Translations under genes and position numbers: made by a program
Shown here: positions 49,636 through 59,662 of the stretch, piece after piece
Position numbering within the stretch: the stretch's first letter is position 1
Layout of the letters: every line of letters begins with the position of its first letter
From: an uncultured Chloroflexia bacterium
GTDB taxonomy: Bacteria > Chloroflexota > Dehalococcoidia > UBA2979
Length of the DNA stretch: 64,000 nt
Assembly: GCA_963728205.1 (NCBI GenBank)
Contig: CAVSIV010000001.1
Span: 288,001 to 352,000 of the forward strand
Reading direction: 5' to 3'
The notes under the pieces: model-generated
Told to the model about the DNA's origin: nothing
What the model saw: the letters and a program-made list of their open reading frames with translations, nothing else
The model's database searches: none

Positions 49636-50559
49636 ATGGCGGGACGGCTCGAAGGCAAGGTCGCGATCGTGACGGGCGCCGGGCGCGGCATCGGCCGCGG
49701 GGAGGCGCTGGCCCTGGCGTCGGAGGGCGCGGCCGTGGTCGTGAACGACCTCGGCGGATCGACTTCGGGCGAGGGCTCGGACCAGGGCCCGGCACAGGAC
49801 GTCGTCTCCGAGATCGAGAAGGCGGGCGGCCGAGCCGTCGCGAACACGATGGACATCACCGACCACGAGGCGAGCGCGGAGATCATCCGCCAGGCGCTCG
49901 ACACGTTCGGGCGGCTCGACATCGTCGTGAACAACGCCGGCATCCTGCGCGACCGCATGATCTTCAACATGAGCGAGGACGAGTGGGACGACGTGATCCG
50001 CGTCCACCTCAAGGGCACGTTCAACATCTGCAAGCACGCGTCGGTGGTCTTCCGCCAGCAGCGCGGCGGTCGCTTCATCAACACCGGATCCGAGTCCGGC
50101 CTCGGCAGCCCCGGCCAGCCGAACTACGCCGCGGCGAAGGAGGGCATCGTCGGCCTGACGCGCTCGCTCGCGTCCGCGATGTCGCGCTACAACTGCACGG
50201 CAAACGCCGTGCGACCGCGCGCGGCGACGCGCATGACGCTGTCGCCGGAGATGGAGGCCGCGGCGCGCGCCCGCGAGGCCCGCGGCGAGGTGCGGGAGGG
50301 CGGCATGAACATCGCCGCGCTCGACCCGAACGTCGTGGGCGCGCTCGTCGCGTTCCTGGCGTCGGACGCCGCGCAGGACATCAACGGGCGCGACTTCCTG
50401 GTGGGCGGCGGCGAGATCGGCGTGTTCACGATCCCGACGGTGGAGGCGCGCATCTTCTCGGCGACGGGCCAGTGGACGGTCGACGAGGTGTTCGAGCGGT
50501 TCCCGTCGACCATCGGCGCGGTGGTGAAGGCGGGCCGGGGGCCGGGCATCGGCGGATAG
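49636..50559 (+). CDS. Short-chain dehydrogenase/reductase
   Basis: TGAGRGIG, VVVNDLG, NNAGILRD, YAAAK. Confidence 0.94.
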   Translation: MAGRLEGKVAIVTGAGRGIGRGEALALASEGAAVVVNDLGGSTSGEGSDQGPAQDVVSEIEKAGGRAVANTMDITDHEASAEIIRQALDTFGRLDIVVNNAGILRDRMIFNMSEDEWDDVIRVHLKGTFNICKHASVVFRQQRGGRFINTGSESGLGSPGQPNYAAAKEGIVGLTRSLASAMSRYNCTANAVRPRAATRMTLSPEMEAAARAREARGEVREGGMNIAALDPNVVGALVAFLASDAAQDINGRDFLVGGGEIGVFTIPTVEARIFSATGQWTVDEVFERFPSTIGAVVKAGRGPGIGG

Positions 50560-50604
50560 GGCGGCGGCCGGCTCGACGCGAGGATGGGACGAGCGGCGGC
50601 GGTG

Positions 50605-50916
50605 TCAGCCGCCGCTCGCAGCGTCCAGGGGCACCGACGCGAAGTGCTGCACGAGGGGGAACGGGTCGTAGAAGTGGTGCAGGAGGGCGCGCCAGCGCTC
50701 GTACTGCGGTGAGCCGCGAAAGCCCTCGGTGTGATCCTCGAGCCGCCGCCAGCGCACGAGCAGCAGGTAGGTCGATGGCGCCTCGACGCAGCGCTGGAGC
50801 TCGTGTCCTCGATAGCCATCGATCGATGCGATGAGCGGCGAAGCCTCGCGGAAGGCTGCCTCGAACTCGGCCTCTCGGCCGGGCAGCACGTGGAGCATCG
50901 CGGCTTCGAGAATCAT
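50605..50916 (-). CDS. Antibiotic biosynthesis monooxygenase (ABM) family protein
   Basis: MILEAAML.V.PG.EAEFE...YLLLVRW..LEDHTEGFRGS..Y..W..LLHHFY. Confidence 0.88.
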   Translation of the reverse strand: MILEAAMLHVLPGREAEFEAAFREASPLIASIDGYRGHELQRCVEAPSTYLLLVRWRRLEDHTEGFRGSPQYERWRALLHHFYDPFPLVQHFASVPLDAASGG

Positions 50917-51047
50917 CAGCGGACCTCCGGCCATCCCTGGCTGGCGGGCGAACGGCCCCGCATCGGCGGGCTGAGCAGGCAGTCGTGGCCGGCGGGGTCC
51001 TCAGCGCGCTGACGCGGGCCGTTCGCCGCGGTGGGTACGATAGGCGC

Positions 51048-51545
51048 ATGGCCGACCAGCCCGCCCCCACGCCCGCCCCGCGGCCCAAGCCGTCCCGCCC
51101 GCGCGACGAGCTCGGACGCCCGCTGCCGGCCGGCTCCGCGAACCGCATGGAGCTGCCCGACTTCGACGCGAACACGCTCGAGGAGAACCACGCGCTCGCC
51201 ATCGACTACTTCGACGCCGGCAGCTTCTTCGCCGCGCACGAGGCGTGGGAGACGTGCTGGGGCCAGGCGAAGGGCACCGACGAGGAGGAGTTCTTCAAGG
51301 GGCTCGCCCAACTCGGCGCCGGCTACACGCACTACCGACGCGGCAACGCGCACGGCGCGCGTGCCCTGATGCAGCGCGCGCTCGACCGCATCGGCTCGCG
51401 CGGCTCGCCGCACCGCGGGATCGACGTCCGCAACTTCCTCCACGAGATCCGCGTCACGCAGCAGGTCGTGGCGATCGTCGAGCAGCGCGGGGGTGAGCTT
51501 CCGCCGCTGCGGCACGACCGCGTGCCGCGCGCCGAGAGTCGTTAG
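51048..51545 (+). CDS. DUF309 family protein
   Basis: RDELGRPLP; FFAAHEAWETCW; FKGLAQLGAGYTH..RGN..GA. Confidence 0.85.
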   Translation: MADQPAPTPAPRPKPSRPRDELGRPLPAGSANRMELPDFDANTLEENHALAIDYFDAGSFFAAHEAWETCWGQAKGTDEEEFFKGLAQLGAGYTHYRRGNAHGARALMQRALDRIGSRGSPHRGIDVRNFLHEIRVTQQVVAIVEQRGGELPPLRHDRVPRAESR

Positions 51546-52120
51546 ATCTCCAGCAGCGCGCGAAAGGCCTCGTGGTCGCCATCGGCGCAGGCGGCGCAGG
51601 CGCGCGCGTACTCCTCGCGGGCGGCACGGCCTCGCTCACGTGCGGCAGCGCGCTCCCCCTCGTCGCCCGGCCACGGCGCCGGGTACACGGTGACGGCGTA
51701 GCCGGGACCGCAGACACGCCCGAACAGCCAGGCGCCGAGCTCGGCGTGCCCCTCGGTCGAAACCACCGCCACGCGACGCCAGCCGCGCGGGAGCAGCGTC
51801 TCGACCTTCGCCCAGTACGCGTTGCCGATCGTGTTCACGGAGTGCGTCTCGACGAGCACGGCCCCGGCGGGGACACCCATCGCTATGGCCAGGTCTCGCA
51901 TCACCTCGGCCTCGGTCTTCGGCGGCGGGTCGGCGAGGTGGCGGACCGAGCAGCGGCCGGTCATCAGCAAATTGGGCGCCACGCCGTGGCGCCACAACTC
52001 GACGGCGCGCGTCACACGGGCGCGCGTGACCGGGTGGTCCGGGTCGGTGTTGAAGCCGAGGACGACGATGATGTCGGCCGGTGCGTCCGGCACGGGGGCG
52101 TCAATCGGCGGTTCGGGCAC
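51542..52120 (-). CDS. YdcF/DUF218 (ElyC/SanA-like) family protein
   Basis: IIVVLG, LLMTG, TEAEVM, VETHSVNTIGNA, VVSTEGH. Confidence 0.85.
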   Translation of the reverse strand: MPEPPIDAPVPDAPADIIVVLGFNTDPDHPVTRARVTRAVELWRHGVAPNLLMTGRCSVRHLADPPPKTEAEVMRDLAIAMGVPAGAVLVETHSVNTIGNAYWAKVETLLPRGWRRVAVVSTEGHAELGAWLFGRVCGPGYAVTVYPAPWPGDEGERAAARERGRAAREEYARACAACADGDHEAFRALLEI

Positions 52121-52142
52121 TTCCGCTCCTCAGCGCGCCTGC

Positions 52143-53132
52143 CTACGACACGACCCCCGCCGCGCGCAGCACCTCGAGGCCCCGCGCAACGTCCTCGTCT
52201 GACTCGTGCTGGTCAATCTCGAAGGTGCGCCCCGCGGCGGCCGGGATCCGCGCGGCGAGCCACGCGTAGTCGACGTCGCCGTTGCCGGGTGCGCGGTGGT
52301 CGGTGAGGCGGCGTACGTCGTGCAGGTGCAGCGCCACGAGCCGCTCGCCGAGCAGGTCGAACCAGGTGCCGCGGTCGACGAGCCCGAGGCGGTGCAGTAC
52401 CTCGGCGTGGCCGACGTCGTGCAGGTAGCCGGCGATCTCCGGCGGATAGGGCGCCAGCAGCGACGCCGCCTCCTGCGGCAGCGGAATCTCGTGGTAGTGC
52501 AGCCGGCATTCGAGGCCGATCGTGACGCCGCGCGTGAGCGCGCGCTCGGCGAGCGTCGCGAGGCTGCGCTGCGCGGCCTCGAGGTGCGGCGCCGCGAGCG
52601 CCGCGCGTTCGCGCAGCGTGTCGTCGACCGCGCGGTCCCACTCCTCGCGCAGCGCGTCGGCGGATCGGCCGGTCGCGCCGTCGGCCGCGACGGCGGTTGC
52701 CGCGGGCATGCGCTCGAAGAGCGAGCGCAGCCGCCGCTCGCCGGCCAGCGCGCGCTTCCCCACGCCGCCGAGGTGCACGACGACGTGCCTCGCGCCGGCC
52801 TCGGCCGCGAGGTCGACCGACCGCAGGTGCGCCGCCACCGAGGCCGCGCGCTCGCCCTCGTCCGTCGACGCCAGGTTCAGCTCGCGGTTCCACCCGAAGT
52901 TGGCGTCGCGCTCGAGCGGCGCCGGCCCGTGCACGCCGGTCACCGGCAGCCGCCCGAAGCCGAGGATCGCGCCGATCTGCTCGCGGTCCATCGAGTGGTT
53001 GATCTCGATGCCGCGGTAGCCGAGCTCCGCCGCGCGCTCCATGAACGCGTGCATGTCGCGCTCGAAGCGCTGCTGCACGGCCCACATCGTCGAAAGCGAG
53101 GGGACCGGGCCGGCGGGCACGGCGTCGCTCAC
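52143..53132 (-). CDS. Sugar phosphate isomerase/epimerase-like TIM-barrel protein
   Basis: SLSTMW, GIE, VVVHLG, IGLECR..YHEIP, HDVGHA, LHLHDV, DHRAPGNGDVD. Confidence 0.82.
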   Translation of the reverse strand: MSDAVPAGPVPSLSTMWAVQQRFERDMHAFMERAAELGYRGIEINHSMDREQIGAILGFGRLPVTGVHGPAPLERDANFGWNRELNLASTDEGERAASVAAHLRSVDLAAEAGARHVVVHLGGVGKRALAGERRLRSLFERMPAATAVAADGATGRSADALREEWDRAVDDTLRERAALAAPHLEAAQRSLATLAERALTRGVTIGLECRLHYHEIPLPQEAASLLAPYPPEIAGYLHDVGHAEVLHRLGLVDRGTWFDLLGERLVALHLHDVRRLTDHRAPGNGDVDYAWLAARIPAAAGRTFEIDQHESDEDVARGLEVLRAAGVVS

Positions 53133-53193
53133 CGAGACACCACCCTGCAACACGTCGCCACGCGTCGACCGGCGAGGCCGGGAGGAACGGGGG

Positions 53194-54357
53194 TCACGAG
53201 GTGGCGGCCGCCGTCGAGCGGCCGCCGGCCGCGATCACCTCGTCGAGCAGCAGGCGGGTGCGCTCGAGCACGGTGTCGTACGGGAAGTGGCCCACGAGAT
53301 CCGAACCGTGCTTGAGGTTCACCCCGGTGGGGCCGCACCACAGGCCGATGTCCGCGCCGTCGGTCTCGCCCGGACCGTTCACGCGACACCCCATCACGGC
53401 GATCGTGACGTCGTGCGACTTCGCGTACTCCGACATGCGCTTCACGTCCTGCGCGAGCTCGATGAACGCCTCGTTCTCGACGCGCGAGCAGGAGGGGCAC
53501 GAGATGATGTTCAGCCCCTCGCCGAAGTGCGCCGGCACCGAGCGGAAGCGCCCGGCATAGATGTCGTCGACGATCTCGCGGCCGGCGCGGATCTCCTCGC
53601 CCTTGTCGTCGAACGGGAGGGTGAGCGACACGCGGATGGTGTCGCCGATGCCCTCGGCGATCAGCTGCTCGAAGGCGATGCGCGTCTTGATGATGCCGTC
53701 GGGCGGCATGCCGGCCTCGGTGACGCCGAGGTGCAGCGGGACGTCGGGGCGCTGCGTCGAGAAGCGGCGGTTGCCCTCGACGACCTTGCGCCAGTCGGAG
53801 TCCTTGAGCGATACGACATAACGGGTGAAGCCGAGGTCGTCGAGCATCTGCGCGTGCTCGAGCGCGCTCTCGACCATGGCGCCGACGTCGTCCGCGCCGA
53901 ACTTCGCGATCTTCTGGGGGTCGACCGAGCCGCAGTTGACGCCGACGCGGAGGGCGACATCGTGCTTCACGGCCTGCTCGGCGATGAAGGCGACCTTGTC
54001 GCGCACCGACTTCTCGCGCTCGTGATGGTGCAGGTGGCCCGGGTTGTAGCGGACCTTGTCGACGTGCGGGGCGACCTGCCCGATCAGGCGGTAGTTCTCC
54101 TGCAGGTCGACGGAGAGGGTGGCGTCGGTGCGGCCGCGGATCTCGGCGAGGGCCTCCACGTCCTTCTTCGAGTCGACGGCGATGCGGACGACGTCGGCGC
54201 CGGCGGCGGCGATCAGGGTGACCTGGCGAACGGTTGCTTCGACGTCCTGGGTGCGGGTCGCCGCCATGGACTGCACGGCGATGGGCGCGCCGCCGCCGAT
54301 CTGGATCGGTCCGACGCGCACGGCACGGGTCGGCTTTCGGCGGATCTTCTGGGGCAT
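53194..54357 (-). CDS. ispG: HMBPP synthase (GcpE)
   Basis: [55 protein letters not shown]. Confidence 0.96.
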   Translation of the reverse strand: MPQKIRRKPTRAVRVGPIQIGGGAPIAVQSMAATRTQDVEATVRQVTLIAAAGADVVRIAVDSKKDVEALAEIRGRTDATLSVDLQENYRLIGQVAPHVDKVRYNPGHLHHHEREKSVRDKVAFIAEQAVKHDVALRVGVNCGSVDPQKIAKFGADDVGAMVESALEHAQMLDDLGFTRYVVSLKDSDWRKVVEGNRRFSTQRPDVPLHLGVTEAGMPPDGIIKTRIAFEQLIAEGIGDTIRVSLTLPFDDKGEEIRAGREIVDDIYAGRFRSVPAHFGEGLNIISCPSCSRVENEAFIELAQDVKRMSEYAKSHDVTIAVMGCRVNGPGETDGADIGLWCGPTGVNLKHGSDLVGHFPYDTVLERTRLLLDEVIAAGGRSTAAATS

Positions 54358-54738
54358 GCGTTCTCCGGCCTGAGCGGTGTCGGCTACCAGCGTACGGCGT
54401 GGGGACGAGGGTCGCCAGACGCTCCGGCGCGTGCAGGGCGCGCTCCGGTGCGCGGCAGGCGTGATGCCTGCCGTGTGATCGACCGCGCCGGAGGCTGCGC
54501 GAGTCGCGCACTGCACACGGCGGGCCTGAAGCCCGCCGCGGGCCGACGCGGGGCGGCCTCGGAGCGGCGGGTGCGCGGGGCGGGGTTCAGAACGGGGCGG
54601 GCTGCCGAACGGGGCGGCGCCGAACGGGCGGCGCGGCCCCACCCGTTCGGGCGATCCGGCGCGCCGCGCTGCGCGGCACGCTGAGTGCACGCATCAACCG
54701 GGCGCATCGCCCGTGCGCAACGACGAAGGAGCAGGCAG

Positions 54739-55683
54739 ATGACCTCGAGCGACGCGATCGTGCTGCAGCAGGTGTCGAACGGGCTCGCGGAGGCCGTCGG
54801 ACGCGCGAGCGGCTACACGGTGCTCGTGAACGCACGCCGACGCATCCCCGCCAGCGGCGTGTCGTGGGGCGGCGGGCTGGTCGTCACGACCGACCACGCG
54901 CTCGAACGCGAGGAGGAGATCACGGTCGGCCTGCCGGACGACCGCGAGGTGCCCGCCACACTGGTGGGGCGCGACCCACGGTCGGATCTCGCGGTGTTGC
55001 GGGTCGAGGGCGCGACGGACGTACTCGTCGCGGCGGACCGGGCGCCGGACGGCGCGGTTCGCGTGGGGGCGCTCGTGCTCGCGATCGGGCGGCCGACGGC
55101 GGGCGGCGTCCAGGCGTCGCTCGGTGCCGTGAGCGCGATCGGTTCGCTGGCCGGGCCCTGGCTCGGGCGGCGCGGCCGCGAGGGAGCGGGCGGCGGTCCG
55201 TCCGACGACTACGTGCGCGCGGAGACGACCCTGTTCCCCGGTTTCTCGGGCGGGCCGCTCGTCGACGTGCAGGGTCGCATGGTCGGCCTCAACACGTCGC
55301 GCGGCCGGGCCGGGGTCGGCGTCACCATCCCGGCAGGCGTCGTCGCGCGGCTCGTGGAGTCGCTGGCCGCGCACGGGCGGATCCGCCGCGCCTACCTCGG
55401 CATCGGCAGCCAGGCGACGCGGCTCCCGGCCGCGCTGGCCGCCCACGCGGGCGGGCGCGAGGCCGGCCTGCTGATCGTCGGCGTCGAGGACGACAGCCCG
55501 GCCGCTCGTTCCGGCCTGATCGTCGGCGACATCATCATCGCGATCGACGACGCGGCGGTGGGCGGTACGAACGACCTGCAGTCGGCGCTGGCCGTGACCG
55601 AGGCCGGCGCGACCGTGTCCGTGCACGTGCTGCGCGGCGGCGAGCCGCGTGAGGTGAGCGTGACGCTCGGCGAGCGCCCCTAG
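54739..55683 (+). CDS. Trypsin-like (S1C/HtrA-like) serine protease with PDZ domain, no signal peptide
   Basis: TTDH (His), DLAVL (Asp), PGFSGGPL (Ser); AYLGI...SPAARSGL..GDII (PDZ). Confidence 0.9.
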   Translation: MTSSDAIVLQQVSNGLAEAVGRASGYTVLVNARRRIPASGVSWGGGLVVTTDHALEREEEITVGLPDDREVPATLVGRDPRSDLAVLRVEGATDVLVAADRAPDGAVRVGALVLAIGRPTAGGVQASLGAVSAIGSLAGPWLGRRGREGAGGGPSDDYVRAETTLFPGFSGGPLVDVQGRMVGLNTSRGRAGVGVTIPAGVVARLVESLAAHGRIRRAYLGIGSQATRLPAALAAHAGGREAGLLIVGVEDDSPAARSGLIVGDIIIAIDDAAVGGTNDLQSALAVTEAGATVSVHVLRGGEPREVSVTLGERP

Positions 55684-55785
55684 GCGCGCCCGCGACCCGC
55701 GTACGCCCGACCGCCACCCCCGGCGGCCGGGCGTACGCTCGATCCCACTCAGAGCCGCCCGGGGGTTGCAGCGGAGGGCACTCGG

Positions 55786-56406
55786 TTGGCGTCGAACGTG
55801 CTCCGCGTCCTCGTCTTCGCGCGCTACCCCGCGGTGCGCGCCGGCCTGCGTGAGCTCCTCGCGGCCGCGGGCTTCGAGGTGGTCGCGGAGATCGGCGCGA
55901 ACGAAGCGGCGGAGCCGCCGCCCGACGCCGACGTGCTCGTCGCGGATCTGGCCGGCCTCGCCGCCGACGTCGGGCTCGCGCCGGAGCTCGCCGCGCTGCC
56001 CGCCGTCTATCTCGCCGACGACGCTTCCGCCGCGGACCTGGGCGACGGCGACGACGCGCTGCCCACCGGCTGGCTGCCGCGCGACGTGGATGGCGCGGCG
56101 CTCGGCGCCGCGGTGCGGGCCGTCGCCGCCGGGATGGTGGTGCTCGACCCGGCGTTTGCGCGCGCGCTCGCAGCGGGCCCGCGCCCGCCGTCGTCCGACG
56201 GCGACGACGCCGGCCTCACTCAGCGCGAGGTCGACGTGCTCCGCCTCGTCGCCGACGGCCTGCCGAACAAGGGCGTCGCGCTCGCGCTCGGCATCAGCGA
56301 GCACACCGTGAAGTTCCACCTCGGATCGGTGCTGTCCAAGCTCGACGCGCACTCGCGCACCGAGGCGGTCACGATCGCCGCGCGGCGCGGGTTGCTCGCG
56401 CTCTAG
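55786..56406 (+). CDS. NarL/LuxR-family response regulator with atypical receiver domain
   Basis: LTQREVDVLRLVADGLPNKGVALALGISEHTVKFH; degenerate receiver. Confidence 0.88.
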   Translation: MASNVLRVLVFARYPAVRAGLRELLAAAGFEVVAEIGANEAAEPPPDADVLVADLAGLAADVGLAPELAALPAVYLADDASAADLGDGDDALPTGWLPRDVDGAALGAAVRAVAAGMVVLDPAFARALAAGPRPPSSDGDDAGLTQREVDVLRLVADGLPNKGVALALGISEHTVKFHLGSVLSKLDAHSRTEAVTIAARRGLLAL

Positions 56407-56469
56407 CGCGAGTTCGAAGTCGGCATGCCGCCGGCGAGCAGCGGGCTCACGCCTCCGCCGCGAACCGGC

Positions 56470-57690
56470 CTACCGGAAGATCGACTGGCCGCTCGCGATG
56501 CGGCTGATGTCGAAGAAGGTGACGACGACCGCGAACGCGATGAAGACGGCGAAGCCCACGAGGTGGACCAGCGCCTCCTTCTCCGGCGCGATGCGCTTGC
56601 CGCCGCGCACGATTCCGATCAGGACGAACAGCACGCGACCGCCGTCGAGCATCGGCAGCGGCAGCAGGTTGAGGATGCCGAGGTTGATCGAGAGGAGCGC
56701 GGCGAGCTCGAGCAGCGGCGACACCGCGCCGGCGGCGCTCCCGCCCTCGCGCGCGACCTCGCCCGTGGTCTGCGCGATGCCCACCGGGCCCGCGAGCTGC
56801 GGCCCGCCCGCCCCCTTGAACCACGTCAGCACCTGGTTGCGGGCGAGGATGAACGTGTCCCACGTCTGGCGGAACCCGTTCGGGATCGACCGCCAGGGCG
56901 GCTCCGCCACCGTCTCGGTGAACGGGTACTGCGACGCGATCGAGATCCCGGTCGGCCCCTGCCCCGACGGCGGCGCCCAGCGCGCGTACACGTGCAGGTC
57001 CAGGAACTCCCCGCCGCGCTTCACCTTCACCTCGACGGTCTGGCCGAGCGCGAGGTTGATGTAGCGGCTCGCCTCCGCGACGTTCTTCGTGGTGCGCCCG
57101 TTCACCGCGTAGATGACGTCGCCGTACTTCATGCCGGCCTCGGCGGCCGGGGCGTTCGGCACCACCGCCGTCACCATCGCATGGCCAATCGACTCCTGGT
57201 GCGGGAACGACAGCGCGAGCGCGAACAGGAAGATCGGGAGGATCAGGTTCGACACGGCCCCCGACGCGAGCACGATGATGCGCTGCCAGCGCGGCTTCAC
57301 CGAGAGGGAGCGTGGGTGGTCCGACGTCTCCTCGCCCTCGAGCCGCACGAACCCACCGATCGGCAGCCAGTTGAGCGAGTACTCGGTCTCGCCGATGCGC
57401 TTCGCCCAGATGCGCGGGGGGAAGCCGAGGCCGAACTCGTGGACGTAGATCCCGAACAGCTTCGCGGTCGCGAAGTGCGCGAACTCGTGAATCCAGACCA
57501 GCCCGATGAGGATGACGAGGAAGAGCGTCGCGGACAGCAGAGCCGAGCGCGCGAAGACGAAGCCGCCGATGATCACGAGCGCGAACAGCGCCGCCCCGAT
57601 CAGCGGCGAACCGCCGCCCCCGTCGCGCTCGCCGTCGGACGGGGCGCCGCCGGGGCGGGTCGCCGTGTCGTCGCGCCAGTTGTCGTTCAT
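56470..57690 (-). CDS. rseP: RIP metalloprotease RseP (M50 + PDZ)
   Basis: HEFAHF, FGLGFPP, LPIGGFV, GPVGI, NLLPLPMLDGG; follows dxr. Confidence 0.94.
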   Translation of the reverse strand: MNDNWRDDTATRPGGAPSDGERDGGGGSPLIGAALFALVIIGGFVFARSALLSATLFLVILIGLVWIHEFAHFATAKLFGIYVHEFGLGFPPRIWAKRIGETEYSLNWLPIGGFVRLEGEETSDHPRSLSVKPRWQRIIVLASGAVSNLILPIFLFALALSFPHQESIGHAMVTAVVPNAPAAEAGMKYGDVIYAVNGRTTKNVAEASRYINLALGQTVEVKVKRGGEFLDLHVYARWAPPSGQGPTGISIASQYPFTETVAEPPWRSIPNGFRQTWDTFILARNQVLTWFKGAGGPQLAGPVGIAQTTGEVAREGGSAAGAVSPLLELAALLSINLGILNLLPLPMLDGGRVLFVLIGIVRGGKRIAPEKEALVHLVGFAVFIAFAVVVTFFDISRIASGQSIFR

Positions 57691-58862
57691 GCGGTCCCCG
57701 CGGTTCCGGCCATCACGGCCTCGTCAACGAAGTGGCGGCCCCAGCGTTCCGCCGCGAGCAGGTCGTCGAGCGACGGCTCCGCGACGGCCGCGTGCGCGTC
57801 GAGCGCGCGCGCGAGCAGCCGGGCGATGTCGGTGAAGCGGCAGCGGCCGGCGAGGAAATGCGCGACCGCGGACTCGTCGGCGCCGGCCACGGCCGCCGCC
57901 GACGTGTCGTTGCGGCGGCCGGCCTCGAGCACCACGCCGAGCGCGGGGAAGCGCACGCCGTCGACGTCGCCGAAGTGCAGCGCCCCCCGTCGGGCGAGGC
58001 TCATCGCCGGCGCCGGCCGCGCCGGCAGCCGGCCCGGGTAGCCGATGGCGACCTGGATCGGCAGGCGCATGTCCGGCTCCCCGAGCTGCGCCTTCACCGA
58101 GCCGTCCACGAACTCCACCATGCTGTGCACCACCGACTCACGATGCTGGAGCACGTCGATGCGGTCGAGCGGAACGTCGAACAGCCAGCGCGCCTCGATG
58201 GCCTCGAGGCCCTTGTTGAAGAGCGTGGCGCTGTCGACCGTGATCTTCGGCCCCATGCGCCAGGTGGGGTGCTCGAGCGCCTGCGCCGGCGTGACGGCGT
58301 CGAGCGCCTCCAGATCGTAGTCGCGAAACGCGCCGCCGGACGCGGTGAGCACGAGCCGTGCGACGTCCTGCGGCGCCTCGCCCCAGAGGCACTGCCAGAT
58401 CGCGGAGTGCTCGGAGTCGACCGGGCGCAGCTCCGCGCCGCGGGCGCGACCGGCGTCGAGCGCGGCGCGCACGGCGTGCCCCCCGACGACGAGCACCTCC
58501 TTGTTCGCGATCGCGACCGGCTTGCCGGCCTCGAGCGCCGCGAGCGTGGGCGCCATGCCGGCGAGGCCGCTGGTCGCGACGACGACGAGGTCGACGTCGT
58601 CGCGCGTGGCCATCACGTCAATCGGCTGCCATGCCGCGCTTCCGACCTCGGTGGCGAGCGCGTCGGCGTCGCGGCCGGGGCGCGCCCAGGCCGCGGCCGG
58701 GCGGAACTCGCGCACCTGGTCGCGCAGCGCGCCGACGTTCGAGCCGGCGCCGAGGGCGGTGACACGAAAACGGTCCGGGAGCGCCCGGACCACGTCGAGG
58801 ACCTGCTGCCCCACGGACCCCGTCGATCCGAGGACGGCGAGGCGGGTCAGGTCTGGAACCAT
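57687..58862 (-). CDS. dxr: 1-deoxy-D-xylulose-5-phosphate reductoisomerase
   Basis: LGSTGSVG, ANKE, PVDSEHSAI, LTASGG, HPTWRMGPKITVDSAT..NKGLE, PDMRLPI. Confidence 0.97.
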   Translation of the reverse strand: MVPDLTRLAVLGSTGSVGQQVLDVVRALPDRFRVTALGAGSNVGALRDQVREFRPAAAWARPGRDADALATEVGSAAWQPIDVMATRDDVDLVVVATSGLAGMAPTLAALEAGKPVAIANKEVLVVGGHAVRAALDAGRARGAELRPVDSEHSAIWQCLWGEAPQDVARLVLTASGGAFRDYDLEALDAVTPAQALEHPTWRMGPKITVDSATLFNKGLEAIEARWLFDVPLDRIDVLQHRESVVHSMVEFVDGSVKAQLGEPDMRLPIQVAIGYPGRLPARPAPAMSLARRGALHFGDVDGVRFPALGVVLEAGRRNDTSAAAVAGADESAVAHFLAGRCRFTDIARLLARALDAHAAVAEPSLDDLLAAERWGRHFVDEAVMAGTAGTA

Positions 58863-59650
58863 CGTAGAAGCCAGTATAGCAACGGCCCGGTGAGCAGCAG
58901 GGAGTCCAGGCGGTCGAGTAGCCCGCCGTGCCCCGGCAGCAGGTGCGACATGTCCTTCACGCCGAGCTGCCGCTTGATCGCGGACTCCAGCAGATCGCCG
59001 ACGAGCGCCGCGACCGGCAGCCCAGCCGCGACGAGCGCGCGCCCCGCGGGCTGCAGGTGCAGGCCGAGGACGAGCGGTAGCAGCGCGCCGGCGAGCGCGC
59101 CGAAGGCGATCCCGCCGGCCGCGCCCTCCCACGTCTTCTTCGGCGAGATCGCCGGGGCCATGAGGTGGCGCCCGAGCAGGCGCCCGACCGCGTAGGCGCC
59201 CGTGTCGGTCGCGAAGTTCGCGGCGAGCAACACGAGCAGCCACTGCTGCCCCTGCGGGAACGCGCGCGTGAGCACGAAGCTCGCGCCGAGCACGCCGGGG
59301 TAGAGCGCGCCGACGAGCCACCACGCCGGCAGCGAGCCGGCGAGCGTCCCGCGGAGATCGCGCGGGCGCAGCGCCATCGTCAGGAGCAGCGCGAGCACGA
59401 CGAGCATCCACGGCAGCGACGACTGCGCGTGCCGCTCCACGCGCACGACCGAGACGAAGAGCGCCGCGGTGGCGGCGGCCCCCAGCGCGTAGGCGCGGTC
59501 GGTGTCCGGCGCGGCGGCGCGGAAGAGCTCGAACGCCGCGGCGGCGAGGATGAGCTCGACGGCGGCTGAGAAGACGCCCTCGGGCGCGAGGAGGAGCAGG
59601 CCGAGGAGGGGGAGTCCGACCGCGGCGACCGCGAGGCGCTGGCGCAGCAT
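58847..59650 (-). CDS. cdsA: Phosphatidate cytidylyltransferase
   Basis: DTGAY, ISPKKTWEG, GDLLESAIKR..GVKD...PGHGGLLDRLDS. Confidence 0.96.
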   Translation of the reverse strand: MLRQRLAVAAVGLPLLGLLLLAPEGVFSAAVELILAAAAFELFRAAAPDTDRAYALGAAATAALFVSVVRVERHAQSSLPWMLVVLALLLTMALRPRDLRGTLAGSLPAWWLVGALYPGVLGASFVLTRAFPQGQQWLLVLLAANFATDTGAYAVGRLLGRHLMAPAISPKKTWEGAAGGIAFGALAGALLPLVLGLHLQPAGRALVAAGLPVAALVGDLLESAIKRQLGVKDMSHLLPGHGGLLDRLDSLLLTGPLLYWLLRWFQT

Positions 59651-59662
59651 GCAGGCTCCGAC

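Noticed and set aside
54590-54660. Short direct repeats gccgaacggg in the ispG/protease intergenic region
   Set aside because: Two copies only, no spacers of CRISPR length and no cas genes
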